Assembly: GCA_963676795.2 (NCBI GenBank)
Contig: CAXXTB010000002.1
Span: 1,184,001 to 1,248,000 of the forward strand
DNA: 64,000 nucleotides
Source of the DNA: Geopsychrobacteraceae bacterium
GTDB taxonomy: Bacteria; Desulfobacterota; Desulfuromonadia; Desulfuromonadales; Geopsychrobacteraceae
Direction: 5' to 3'
A program made the translations under genes and the position numbers. Shown here one piece after another: positions 1-9,720 of the stretch. Below the pieces are notes generated by a model that had not been told where the DNA came from, did no database searches, and worked only from the letters and a program-made list of their open reading frames with translations. The stretch's first letter is position 1. Each line of letters starts with the position of its first letter.

Positions 1-1
1 A

Positions 2-64
2 TTTCCTGATCGGGATAAAGCTATCAGGAAATTGACCCGACCTCTGTACCGGGCTTTGTTATAG
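2..64 (+). CDS. 3' end of an upstream CDS truncated by the window edge, possibly a glycosyltransferase
   Basis: Open frame FPDRDKAIRKLTRPLYRALL* ends at TAG 62-64. It resembles the 'FPDEEKIIRYL' tail of the GT2 at 982-2010. Confidence 0.45.
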   Translation, partial: FPDRDKAIRKLTRPLYRALL

Positions 65-115
65 TGCATGCAGAGAGAATGTGATTTCAGAGAAAAGGTT
101 TGCCGGGAGAACACC

Positions 116-970
116 TTGATAAAAGCATCATTGATTATAGTCTGTTATAACAGCTTTCAGATAATAGAGGAGTGTCTTTCCAGGCTGATAGACAGCGGGC
201 ATTTTCCTGTCTATTTCGTTGATAATGCCAGTACCGATGGTAGTGCAGAAAAGCTTATTGCCAGGTATCCCTGTGCCAAGGTTTTGATTCAGGGACGTAA
301 TCTGGGTTATGGGCGTGCCGCTAACGTCGCCTTGAATAATGTCAAGACTGATTATGCTCTGCTTTTAAATCCTGATATTCTAATGACGGCAGACCAGGTA
401 TTGGAGATGATCGAAAAGTCTGAGGAATTTTCTGACGCTGCTCTGTTGGTGCCGGCGACATCTCTGAAACATCAACTTCTTGATTCAGGACCTGTTGATC
501 AGGATAAAGTCAGTGGTTCATGCATGATGTTTCAAATGGACAACTTGCGTAAAGTCGGTTTCTTTGATGAAAAAATCTTCCTTTTTTCTGAAGAGACGGA
601 TCTGTGTATCAGGATCTTAGAGGCTGGATTGCGGATTGTCATGTTCCCTGATATCTATGTCAGACATCTTGCCGGAAAGTCATCAGGTCACTCTGATGCG
701 GTCGAGTACATGAAAGAATGGCACTTCGGCTGGTCGCGATCATACTATTACCAAAAGCATGGCTTAGATCAGGGCAGCAGATCATTAAAGAGACGACTTT
801 TTCTTTATAAGTGGAAGTCTCTAAAACCATTCATTGGTAGGAAGAAGAAGATCAAGTATTCTGCCATCTATGAAGGGATTCGAGCTTTTCGGGCGGGCGA
901 GGTTGCTTTTGCAGAGGATGGTTCTCCCAAGGTGAGCCCTTGCAGTGAGTATAATCCTTATAGTGTTTAA
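116..970 (+). CDS. Family 2 glycosyltransferase (WbbL/rhamnosyltransferase-like)
   Basis: IIVCYNS, VDNASTDGS, NLGYGRAAN, LLLNPD and FLFSEETDLC motifs. TTG 116 follows a GGGAGA RBS; the ORF track start is 68. Confidence 0.88.
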   Translation: MIKASLIIVCYNSFQIIEECLSRLIDSGHFPVYFVDNASTDGSAEKLIARYPCAKVLIQGRNLGYGRAANVALNNVKTDYALLLNPDILMTADQVLEMIEKSEEFSDAALLVPATSLKHQLLDSGPVDQDKVSGSCMMFQMDNLRKVGFFDEKIFLFSEETDLCIRILEAGLRIVMFPDIYVRHLAGKSSGHSDAVEYMKEWHFGWSRSYYYQKHGLDQGSRSLKRRLFLYKWKSLKPFIGRKKKIKYSAIYEGIRAFRAGEVAFAEDGSPKVSPCSEYNPYSV

Positions 971-981
971 AAAGGCCTTTT

Positions 982-2010
982 ATGTCGGAATTTAAAGAAA
1001 CACCACAATGCCATCCATTAGTCTCAATAGCAATGTGTACATATAATGGAGAGCAATATTTAAAAGAGCAGATTGATTCTCTACTCTCTCAAGATTATCC
1101 GAATTTTGAAGTCATTATCGTAGATGACCGTTCACAGGATAGAACTTTTTCAATTTTACAGGAGTATGAAAAGAGGGATCAGCGGGTTAGGGTTTTTCAG
1201 AATCAAGATAATCTTGGCTTTGTTAAAAACTTCGAGAAATCGATATCTTTATGTACAGGCCAATATATTGCTCTATGTGATCAGGATGATATCTGGTTTC
1301 CGGAAAAAGTCAGAAAGCTAGTTGAGAACATTGGTGAGGCAAGTCTTATTTATTCGGAAGCTAGTGTTGTGGATTCCAACTTAAATAAGGAAGAGAAGGA
1401 CGGTCTGAAAGGCAATCCGCTTGCAGGAGATTGTTCTTTAGGGTTGCTGCTTGGAAATTGTGTGACCGGTCACCTTTGTCTTTTTCATAGAGACTTGATT
1501 CAATATATTTTACCATTTCCAGAAAATTTGAAGTTGCATGACTACTGGATTGCGTATATTGCTGCCTGCCGGGCTGGCATAGTTTATTATCCTGAGGTTC
1601 TTTCTCATTATCGAAAGCATGAAAATAATGTAGTTCTTGGTCGTAAGGTTAAGAAAGATCATTCAAAAAGACAGCGGAGAAAACAATTTTTCCATGAAAA
1701 ATTGGAGTTTCTGAAGATATTCAGAAATTCAGGATGTACGTCTCCGGAAAACATAAGAATAATTGATGATTTGTACTTCTTAATGACGGAAAACTCTGAC
1801 TACGGTTATAATCTGAAGTTAGAAACCTTTCTAAGGAGATATAGTAAAGAGCTTCTTCCCGTTTTTCCGGATGAAGAAAAAATTATTAGGTATCTTTGTA
1901 AGGGCTATTCGTGGAAATTTTTCATACTAAGGTTTTTTGTTAAATTTTTAATTTGTTTTGTTCCTCTACAGAAAACAAGGAAGAAAATAAGGTTGAGATT
2001 TAATGTTTGA
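982..2010 (+). CDS. Family 2 glycosyltransferase (RgpB-like rhamnosyltransferase)
   Basis: VSIAMCTYNG, VDDRSQD, LCDQDDIW, HDYWI and YRKHENN motifs. Confidence 0.9.
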   Translation: MSEFKETPQCHPLVSIAMCTYNGEQYLKEQIDSLLSQDYPNFEVIIVDDRSQDRTFSILQEYEKRDQRVRVFQNQDNLGFVKNFEKSISLCTGQYIALCDQDDIWFPEKVRKLVENIGEASLIYSEASVVDSNLNKEEKDGLKGNPLAGDCSLGLLLGNCVTGHLCLFHRDLIQYILPFPENLKLHDYWIAYIAACRAGIVYYPEVLSHYRKHENNVVLGRKVKKDHSKRQRRKQFFHEKLEFLKIFRNSGCTSPENIRIIDDLYFLMTENSDYGYNLKLETFLRRYSKELLPVFPDEEKIIRYLCKGYSWKFFILRFFVKFLICFVPLQKTRKKIRLRFNV

Positions 2011-2031
2011 ATTATTTCAAGAAATTTTCTT

Positions 2032-2985
2032 ATGAATTTCTGCAGGCGCTTAACAGTTTTCTCTCACTGGGATCCTGATGGTATTATTGATGACTATGTT
2101 CTTTATTATTTGAAAGAACTTAAGAAATATTCTGATATAATATTTGTTTCTGATGGGGTTTTATCTTTTGAAGAGATAAAAAAAATAACCCCTTATGTAA
2201 ATAAATCTATTTGCATTAAACATGGTGAATACGATTTTGGAAGCTATAAAATAGGATTCGAAAACTGTACCGAAACCTTATGCGACTATGATGAATTGCT
2301 TTTTGTGAATGATAGTTGTTATGGTCCTCTGATATCTCTAGATGATTTATTTGATCGTTTCTCTTATGAAAAATGTGATTTTTGGGGATTGACGGACTAC
2401 TGTGAAATAGGAATTCAGCATATACAGAGTTATTTTATCTGTTTTAAAAAACAGGTTTTTGAAAGCTTAGTTTTCAAGAACTTTATTTTTTCAATAGGGA
2501 AAGAATCAGCCAAGAAAGATATAATTAAAAAATATGAGATCGGGTTAACTACATTGTTGGTTGGTTCAGGATTTTCCTACTCGTCTCTTGTAGATTTAGG
2601 TAAGGCAAATAAAGTTTTTACTTCCGAAAGTTTTTCACTTACTAAGATGTTTAAATTCCCTTTGGTAAAGAGAGCAATATTCACTAAGAATCCAAATGGC
2701 GATGCTTTTATATATGAAAACTTTAAGGATTCTCTGATTAGTATTGGCAGTAATTATCCTTATATTCTCATTGAAGACAATCTTGAACGAGTTTGCCCGG
2801 GATTTAAAAATAATCTGTTTCATCCTAAGTTGATTAAGAAAAATATTATTCACAGAAAAATACTGAGACTTAGGGAAATGAGCGGAAAATATTTTACTTT
2901 TTTGGAAATAAGGTTTTTGGGTGTCAAATTGTTAAAGTTTCCATTGCGTTTTTTGATAAATAGGTGGAGGCATAGCAGGGAATAA
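2032..2985 (+). CDS. Rhamnan synthesis protein F (RgpF) family protein
   Basis: FSHWDPDGIIDDYVLYYL, YDFGSYK, FVNDSCYGP, DFWGLT, HIQSYF and YEIGLT motifs. Confidence 0.85.
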   Translation: MNFCRRLTVFSHWDPDGIIDDYVLYYLKELKKYSDIIFVSDGVLSFEEIKKITPYVNKSICIKHGEYDFGSYKIGFENCTETLCDYDELLFVNDSCYGPLISLDDLFDRFSYEKCDFWGLTDYCEIGIQHIQSYFICFKKQVFESLVFKNFIFSIGKESAKKDIIKKYEIGLTTLLVGSGFSYSSLVDLGKANKVFTSESFSLTKMFKFPLVKRAIFTKNPNGDAFIYENFKDSLISIGSNYPYILIEDNLERVCPGFKNNLFHPKLIKKNIIHRKILRLREMSGKYFTFLEIRFLGVKLLKFPLRFLINRWRHSRE

Positions 2986-3083
2986 TGATTTTTACTGTCT
3001 ACTGGTTATTAAACTTTCCTGTTTAAAATAAGAAAATAGCAGATCTAACTTTTTAGGCTAATTAATTTGAAAGATAAATTCTG

Positions 3084-3755
3084 ATGCCGATTATTAAAAA
3101 TCGAAAAAAACTTTTTTATTATGCTCATGTCCCAAAATGTGCTGGAACCTCTGTTGAGGATTTTTTGATTCAAACCTGTTCAAACGTTTCGTTTCTTGAT
3201 CGAAGATATTTAGTTCATGAATCACATAGCTACTGGGCGAAAACATCGCCTCAGCATATTGATGGTGAGTCTCTGGGGTGCATGTTTGCAGAAGATTTTT
3301 TTGAGTTGCAGTTTACCTTAGTGAGAAATCCGATAAAGAGATTTGTTAGTGCTTTTAAATTTAATAAGCATTTCAATAAGTTTGACGAGTTGTTGAATGT
3401 TACTATTGATGACTATGTGTCTCTATTGACGGATGAGAAGTTGTCTGAAATTGGCTATATGGATAATCACTTTCTGCCAATGTATAAATTTATGATTCCC
3501 GGTTTCCCATGTCATGTTTTTAGAATGGAATCGGATCTTGATGCCTTAGAGCTTTGGTTGAAGCGAAAGGTCGCCAATAGATTTACACGGAAACGTATCA
3601 AGCATACTAATTCGTCGACAGAGTTGTATCCAGTTGATGAGGATTTTTCCCTGTCTGATGAGTCGGTCGAAAAGTTGAAGGGGCTCTATGCAGATGATTA
3701 TCGAATTTTTGCCTATGATGGTCAGCGAACTTTTGAGAGGATAGTTTTGGTCTAG
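3084..3755 (+). CDS. Sulfotransferase family 2 domain protein
   Basis: 5'-PSB-like HVPKCAGTSVE, 3'-PB-like TLVRNPIKRFVSAF, HFLP and C-terminal LYADDYRIFAY. Confidence 0.82.
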   Translation: MPIIKNRKKLFYYAHVPKCAGTSVEDFLIQTCSNVSFLDRRYLVHESHSYWAKTSPQHIDGESLGCMFAEDFFELQFTLVRNPIKRFVSAFKFNKHFNKFDELLNVTIDDYVSLLTDEKLSEIGYMDNHFLPMYKFMIPGFPCHVFRMESDLDALELWLKRKVANRFTRKRIKHTNSSTELYPVDEDFSLSDESVEKLKGLYADDYRIFAYDGQRTFERIVLV

Positions 3756-3761
3756 ATATTT

Positions 3762-4589
3762 TTGATTTCGCCTATTGTGGTTCAAATGAGCAGAGCTATG
3801 AGTTCAATATTGAAAACATTTTTCGAGAAACCTGTAGCCGTAACTGGATCCAGGTTGGTTGATTTTATTGTTTGCGGTACACAGAAAGGTGGTACAACTG
3901 CATTGGATGCGTATCTTCGTATGCATCCAGAGGTTTGTATGGCTTCAGAAAAAGAAGTTCATTTTTTTGATAATGAGGCTGTTTTCGATCATCGGGTGAT
4001 CGATTACGGTAAATATCATAAATATTTTAATAGTTGTGACCCTCAGCTTTTTTGGGGGGAGGCAACGCCTATCTATATGTATTGGTATGATGCTCCTCGA
4101 CGCATGTGGTCTTATAATCCTTCGTTGAAATTGATCATTCTTTTGAGGAATCCTGTCGAAAGAGCTTATTCGCACTGGAATATGGAACGATCACGTGGAG
4201 CCGATAACTTGTCTTTTAGTGAAGCTATAAGACTTGAGCAAATGCGTTGCCGCGAGTCCTTGCCTTTGCAACATAGGGTTTTTTCGTATGTTGACAGGGG
4301 GTATTATCTCGAACAGTTACATCGGTTGTGGACTTTTTTTCCTCGAGACCAGGTTTTGGTGCTGAAAAATGAGGACCTCAGGGATCGCCCTGATGAATGT
4401 CTGGGGATGGTAGCTGATTTCGTCGGTTTTTCGAAGTTTGGTTCTGTTGATTCTCTTGATGTGCATTCTCGTCCTTATGATGAGAGAATTTCTCCTGAAG
4501 ATAAAAAATTCCTTCTGAACCTCTACGAATATCAGATAAAGGCGTTGGAATGCGAACTTGGCTGGGATTGTAGTGACTGGCTGACTTGA
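3762..4589 (+). CDS. PAPS-dependent sulfotransferase (heparan-sulfate 3-O-sulfotransferase-like motifs)
   Basis: DFIVCGTQKGGTTAL, KEVHFFD, GEATPIY and LLRNPVERAYSHW. The true start may be a later ATG. Confidence 0.88.
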   Translation: MISPIVVQMSRAMSSILKTFFEKPVAVTGSRLVDFIVCGTQKGGTTALDAYLRMHPEVCMASEKEVHFFDNEAVFDHRVIDYGKYHKYFNSCDPQLFWGEATPIYMYWYDAPRRMWSYNPSLKLIILLRNPVERAYSHWNMERSRGADNLSFSEAIRLEQMRCRESLPLQHRVFSYVDRGYYLEQLHRLWTFFPRDQVLVLKNEDLRDRPDECLGMVADFVGFSKFGSVDSLDVHSRPYDERISPEDKKFLLNLYEYQIKALECELGWDCSDWLT

Positions 4590-4624
4590 CGTTGTACTAA
4601 TTTAACGAAACAATTTGGATTTAA

Positions 4625-5353
4625 ATGCAAACAATCATACACATCGGGCAACACAAGACAGCTACTACGTCAATTCAGGGATTTCTCAGGAAAAATAGAC
4701 TGGAATTGATTAAGCGGGGCATCTATGTGCCTGACACTATCGCTGGTTTTGATGACCCTTCTCATTTTGTTTTAAACGTTCACTGTTTGAATCGGGACCG
4801 CTATTCTTCAAAAAAGGAAAAGCTTTTAGCGGAACAGGGTGAGGCGTATATCGATAATCTTTTAACTAATCTTAAATCTGATGTGGGAAGAATTTATTGT
4901 GACGCCTTAAGGGAAAAATGTAATAAGGTGATTTGGTCAAACGAGGGATTGTATCTTCTGAATTCTTTGGAAGAATACCGTAGATTATATGATCTTTTTC
5001 ATCTTTATTCGAATGTTCAAGAAATCGTTTGCTGCTTTAGGGACGTTGCTTCTTACAGGAACTCATATCGAAAACAATTGATGAAGCAAAGTATTTTGCC
5101 ATCCGATGATAGGGATTCGTATCGCTATCTGGAGGATGATTCCTGGTTGTTTGACTATCCCAGGAAAAAACAACTTCTCGAAGGCGTTTTTGATAAGTGT
5201 ACATATTTCGATTATGACCCCGATGATAATGTACTGAAATTTCTCAAGGTTTTAGGTATCGACATCGCTGTTTCCGAAATCTTTAGAATGAATGTTACCT
5301 CCAAGATGTCGAAAAAGAAAAAGCATCCTTTTCTTAGGCTTTTTAAAAATTAA
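4625..5353 (+). CDS. Putative sulfotransferase-like (P-loop) protein
   Basis: N-terminal IHIGQHKTATTSIQ and a WSNEGL motif, typical of divergent bacterial sulfotransferase-like proteins in glycan loci. Confidence 0.6.
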   Translation: MQTIIHIGQHKTATTSIQGFLRKNRLELIKRGIYVPDTIAGFDDPSHFVLNVHCLNRDRYSSKKEKLLAEQGEAYIDNLLTNLKSDVGRIYCDALREKCNKVIWSNEGLYLLNSLEEYRRLYDLFHLYSNVQEIVCCFRDVASYRNSYRKQLMKQSILPSDDRDSYRYLEDDSWLFDYPRKKQLLEGVFDKCTYFDYDPDDNVLKFLKVLGIDIAVSEIFRMNVTSKMSKKKKHPFLRLFKN

Positions 5354-5374
5354 CTGATTTTTTAGGTGTTATTT

Positions 5375-6442
5375 ATGAATGTTCTTGTAACTGGTGGTTG
5401 TGGTTTTATTGGTTCGTCCTTTGTCAGGCTTGTTCTTGGAAAAAACCTGTTTTCTCGAATTGTTAATCTTGACAGCCTTACTTATGCTGGAAATGCCAAA
5501 AACTTAGTCGAATTTGAGAATGATGAACGCTATCGTTTTGTTCATGGTGATATCTGTGACAGAGATCTTGTTAGTAGTATTTTTCAGGAAGAGTCAATTG
5601 ATACAGTCGTTCACTTTGCGGCTGAGTCTCATGTTGATCGAAGCATCGATGGGCCAAGTGAATTTATTAATACAAATATACTGGGGACATTTAATCTTTT
5701 GGAGGTTGCTCGCAATTCGTGGTTACCAGCGTCTGATGATTCTGTCTCGAAAAAATGTTTTTTACATGTTTCAACAGATGAGGTTTATGGATCTCTAGGA
5801 GAAGAAGGTTATTTTACCGAGTCGACTCCATATGATCCGCGCTCTCCTTATTCTGCCTCGAAAGCTTCCTCAGATCATCTGGTTAGTGCATATTTTCATA
5901 CCTATGGTTTGCCGGTCTTGACAACCAACTGTTCAAATAACTATGGTCCTTATCAGTTTCCAGAGAAGCTGATTCCTCTTATTTTTAATAATGCTCTTGC
6001 GGGGAAAGCATTGCCTGTATATGGCGATGGTAAAAATGTTAGAGACTGGTTATTTGTTGAAGATCACTGTGAGGCCATTCTCGCTGTTCTGGAGAAAGGG
6101 CAACTTGGGGAAACCTACAATATAGGTGGTAATAACGAGAAGCAAAATATTGAAATTGTTGGGACTATTTGTGATTTGCTGGATGAAAAAATTGGCCTGT
6201 TGCCTTCAGGTGATGCTAGGCGTAGCCTTATTACCTTTGTGAAGGATCGGCCCGGGCATGACCGTCGTTATGCGATCGATGCATCCAAGATTAAAGCCGA
6301 ACTTGGTTGGGAGCCTTCAGTTACTTTTGAGCAGGGGATTCGGCTGACTATCGACTGGTATCTTAACAACCGGCAATGGGTTAATGAGATTGTTGATGGT
6401 TCGTATCGAGAGTATTATCAGAAGCAATATTCTGATCGTTGA
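5375..6442 (+). CDS. rfbB: dTDP-glucose 4,6-dehydratase
   Basis: VTGGCGFIGS, HFAAESHVDRSI, HVSTDEVYGSL, PYSASKASSD and DRPGHDRRYAID. Confidence 0.97.
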   Translation: MNVLVTGGCGFIGSSFVRLVLGKNLFSRIVNLDSLTYAGNAKNLVEFENDERYRFVHGDICDRDLVSSIFQEESIDTVVHFAAESHVDRSIDGPSEFINTNILGTFNLLEVARNSWLPASDDSVSKKCFLHVSTDEVYGSLGEEGYFTESTPYDPRSPYSASKASSDHLVSAYFHTYGLPVLTTNCSNNYGPYQFPEKLIPLIFNNALAGKALPVYGDGKNVRDWLFVEDHCEAILAVLEKGQLGETYNIGGNNEKQNIEIVGTICDLLDEKIGLLPSGDARRSLITFVKDRPGHDRRYAIDASKIKAELGWEPSVTFEQGIRLTIDWYLNNRQWVNEIVDGSYREYYQKQYSDR

Positions 6443-6467
6443 TCGCGGATTAGTAAGATTATCAAGT

Positions 6468-6497
6468 ATGCCCATCTTTCTGTGTAAAGATGGGCGT
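6468..6497 (+). other. Intergenic hairpin between rmlB and rmlD
   Basis: GCCCATCTTT (6470-6479) pairs with AAAGATGGGC (6486-6495) around a 6-nt loop; no U-tract. Confidence 0.6.
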
Positions 6498-6517
6498 TAG
6501 CGTCTGAATGGGTAGAT

Positions 6518-7423
6518 ATGTCTGACTCTAAAGTTAGGATCGCGCTGATAGGTGCGAAAGGTATGTTGGCGCAGGCTGTTCTCGCAGAGGCCCCTGAATG
6601 TTGTCAGTTTACTAAATTTGATCTTCCTGAATTGGATATGACAGACAGTTTGTCAGTTCATCGCGTTTTAGGTGAACTTGGTCCTGATGTAATCATCAAT
6701 TGTGCGGCATATACTCAGGTTGATAAGGCTGAGGCTGATGAGGGAACTGCCATGCTTGTCAATGGTGACGGTCCTGGTTACCTGGCGGATGTCGCAAAAG
6801 AGGTGGACGCTGTACTTGTTCATATCTCGACGGACTATGTCTTTGACGGAACAAAGTCGACACCTTATCTTGAGGCTGATGTTGTTGGGCCGCAATCCGC
6901 ATATGGCCGAACTAAGCTGGCAGGTGAGCGTGCCATTATCGATAGTGGGCTTAGTGAGTATTTTATTATACGAACCAGTTGGCTATATGGACCGGGTGGA
7001 CCTAATTTTGTTGAAACCATGCTTCGTTTGGCTAAGGAGCGTGAAGAGATGTGTGTTGTCGATGATCAGCACGGTACGCCGACTTATACACGAGATCTTG
7101 CGCGAGCAATTTTTGCGTTGCTTCGCGGTCACTCTCTTGATGATGGGGTTGATTCCGCAGCTTTTGGGATTTATCATTTTTCAAACAGTGGTGAGTGCTC
7201 TTGGTACGGATTTGCGCTCGAGATCATTGAAATGGCACGTCGGCGGGGGTTTGACTTGGTAGTGAAGAATCTGAAGCCAATAACAACCGAAGAGTATCCG
7301 TTGCCCGCGAAACGCCCGGCATATTCCGTTTTTTCTAAAGATAAATTTATGCGACAGACGGGGCTTATGGTCAGATCGTGGGACGCCGCCTTGGTCGATT
7401 ACTTTGAGCAGAGACAATCTTAG
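6518..7423 (+). CDS. rfbD: dTDP-4-dehydrorhamnose reductase
   Basis: GAKGMLA, NCAAYTQVD, HISTDYVFDG, YGRTKLAGE and PAKRPAYS. Confidence 0.96.
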   Translation: MSDSKVRIALIGAKGMLAQAVLAEAPECCQFTKFDLPELDMTDSLSVHRVLGELGPDVIINCAAYTQVDKAEADEGTAMLVNGDGPGYLADVAKEVDAVLVHISTDYVFDGTKSTPYLEADVVGPQSAYGRTKLAGERAIIDSGLSEYFIIRTSWLYGPGGPNFVETMLRLAKEREEMCVVDDQHGTPTYTRDLARAIFALLRGHSLDDGVDSAAFGIYHFSNSGECSWYGFALEIIEMARRRGFDLVVKNLKPITTEEYPLPAKRPAYSVFSKDKFMRQTGLMVRSWDAALVDYFEQRQS

Positions 7424-7438
7424 TTGAGGAGTACTTAG

Positions 7439-8314
7439 ATGGTAAAAAAGGGGATCGTTCTTGCCGGTGGGGCAGGGAGTCGGTTGTATCCGTTAACGTT
7501 GGTTGCCAGTAAACAGTTGCAACCGGTTTATGATAAGCCGATGATTTATTACCCGTTGTCGACCCTGATGTTGGCGGGCATTCGTGATATTTTGATTATC
7601 TCGACCCCGCATGATATCCCACGATTTGAAGCCCTTCTCGGTGATGGCTCTCAGTGGGGCATATCTCTGTCTTATGCTGTTCAACCTGAACCAAAGGGGA
7701 TTGCTCAGGCATTTCTGATTGGAGAGGAATTTATTGCTGATGAGAACGTTTGTTTGATACTCGGCGATAATCTGTTCTATGGCAAGATTGGCCTAGATCG
7801 TATCGTGAATGAATTTAAAGGCGGTGCGCGGGTCTTTGGATATCCGGTTCATGACCCTGAAAGGTATGGGGTTGTTGAATTTGACGTGGATGGCAAGGCG
7901 ATTGGCATTGAGGAAAAGCCGCTTAAGCCTAAATCCCACTTTGCTGTCCCTGGCCTTTATATTTATGACAACAAGGTTTGCTCGATTGCCAGAAACATGA
8001 AACCATCCGCGCGTGGAGAGCTTGAGATTACTGACGTTAATCTCGAGTATCTGCGCCGCCAGGAACTTATGGTAGAGCCTCTTGGCCGCGGTATTGCTTG
8101 GCTCGATACTGGAACGCATCAGAGTTTGCTTGAGGCCAGTCATTTTATCGGAACCCTTGAGGCGAGGCAGGGGCTTAAAATTGCCTGTCTTGAAGAAATT
8201 GCCTTTCGGAAGGGCTTTGTTTCTGAAAGTGATATGCGTAGCCTTGTTGAGAGGACTCCAAACTCCAGCTATAGGGAATACTTACTTCGGATTTTGGATG
8301 AGCTAAGTGCTTGA
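7439..8314 (+). CDS. rfbA: Glucose-1-phosphate thymidylyltransferase
   Basis: [33 protein letters not shown] and WLDTGT. Confidence 0.97.
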   Translation: MVKKGIVLAGGAGSRLYPLTLVASKQLQPVYDKPMIYYPLSTLMLAGIRDILIISTPHDIPRFEALLGDGSQWGISLSYAVQPEPKGIAQAFLIGEEFIADENVCLILGDNLFYGKIGLDRIVNEFKGGARVFGYPVHDPERYGVVEFDVDGKAIGIEEKPLKPKSHFAVPGLYIYDNKVCSIARNMKPSARGELEITDVNLEYLRRQELMVEPLGRGIAWLDTGTHQSLLEASHFIGTLEARQGLKIACLEEIAFRKGFVSESDMRSLVERTPNSSYREYLLRILDELSA

Positions 8315-8518
8315 TTCATATGGAGTGAAATAGCTCATCTGAGCCTGGCAGTCTCCTGTTTGGTGAAGGTGACTGTCAGGTCAATATGGGGATACTGCAC
8401 ATAGTTTCTGACGGTTGATATTTCAATCAGGCTGTATTGTTTTTTGCCATCGTTTGGAGCTGTGGGAGACTCATGAAAATACCTAATGTTGTAAGGCGGT
8501 CAGCGGATTGACCTGAAA

Positions 8519-9319
8519 TTACTTGTTCCCAATATGGTTTTGATATGATTGGTAAAATCTAGGATCTTTTTTTAGCTGCTTGGGATCTCTGAACCATATA
8601 ATATTTTCTCGGACAATTTTAGCTGGATTTCCAGCTATGACGCAATTTTCTTCCTCAAAATTTTTTGTGACTATACTAGAGCAACCGATTATGCATCCAT
8701 TTGGTATTCTTGCTCTTTTCATAAGATATGTTCTCTCTCCAATCCATACATGATCGCCAATGAATACACCGTCGGATTTGTCTAGGTATTCTCCGCTTTC
8801 TATGTCAAATAATAAGTGCGGAAGCTCTCCACATCTTATGGTTATATTGCTGGAAATCATGCAGTCTTGTCCTATTTGACAAATATTTCCTGTGTTGTAT
8901 AAGAGTATTTTGCAGTCATCACCGATAGTCAAGTTGTCGCCAATGTTCAAAATGGTGCCATTTGCCTGGATCTGACTGCCGATAATGATACTAAGATTCT
9001 TTATATGAGCAATTCCAGTTAGGTTTATTTTGTTATTATTTCCATTTATTCTTATTGACAAATTGCTTTTTCTTTTACACGGACCTATTGTGACTTCGTT
9101 GTTTTCTCCAGTTATTCTGCAGCTAAGATTGCACTTTCCCTTTTCGTAAATCACTTTATTGTTTGACTTTGATCTTTTATTTTTTCTTTTAATGAATAGC
9201 TTGTTTAGTAGGCCGGTTTTCACGAATATTACCTTTGGTATGTATTGGGAATGGTTTTGTTGATATTTATATCGTATCCAATAATTTAGTTTTTTTGAGG
9301 GAGTAATGCTTGCAAACAA
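8519..9319 (-). CDS. Hexapeptide-repeat (left-handed beta-helix) acyltransferase
   Basis: IGQDCMIS, IGDHVWIG, IPNGCIIG and VIAGNPAKIVR. The start codon is uncertain. Confidence 0.82.
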   Translation of the reverse strand: MFASITPSKKLNYWIRYKYQQNHSQYIPKVIFVKTGLLNKLFIKRKNKRSKSNNKVIYEKGKCNLSCRITGENNEVTIGPCKRKSNLSIRINGNNNKINLTGIAHIKNLSIIIGSQIQANGTILNIGDNLTIGDDCKILLYNTGNICQIGQDCMISSNITIRCGELPHLLFDIESGEYLDKSDGVFIGDHVWIGERTYLMKRARIPNGCIIGCSSIVTKNFEEENCVIAGNPAKIVRENIIWFRDPKQLKKDPRFYQSYQNHIGNK

Positions 9320-9720
9320 TTTTTAGAAATTTTTTTCGATCTGATGGAAGTGTCTCTTTCAAGGGCTTAAGGTCATTATAAGGCTATTGTTGTTTAAAAC
9401 CGAACCGGCGTAAATCTTTTAGTAACTTACCGGGCTTCCTGGTTTTTTTACATCAATTGCTTTTTTTCTGCAACTTTTGTAGTGCTGAAATAAAATCGAG
9501 TTGGCGGATCGACGTCGTTATTGTATTAGGCTGTGTCACTATTTGTATCGGGGGATGAGAAATGTCTAAGCGGCATTCATGAAATCTTGTTGCTGATGAG
9601 CTTTAAGCTGTCGAAATAACGTGTTTGTATCGTGGGTTAAAGTTTTCTTGAGAAAATTTTGAAAATCTGTAACATGGTCAGTTGGATTTTGCCCGAGATT
9701 GGTGTTTTTAGAGGTTTTAT

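Noticed and set aside
1..32. 10-bp perfect inverted repeat ATTTCCTGAT/ATCAGGAAAT
   Set aside because: It lies inside a probable coding tail at the window edge; there is no context to support a function
8495..8507. GGCGGTCAGCG as an ops element
   Set aside because: It has an insertion relative to the consensus and lies at the 3' end of a convergent gene
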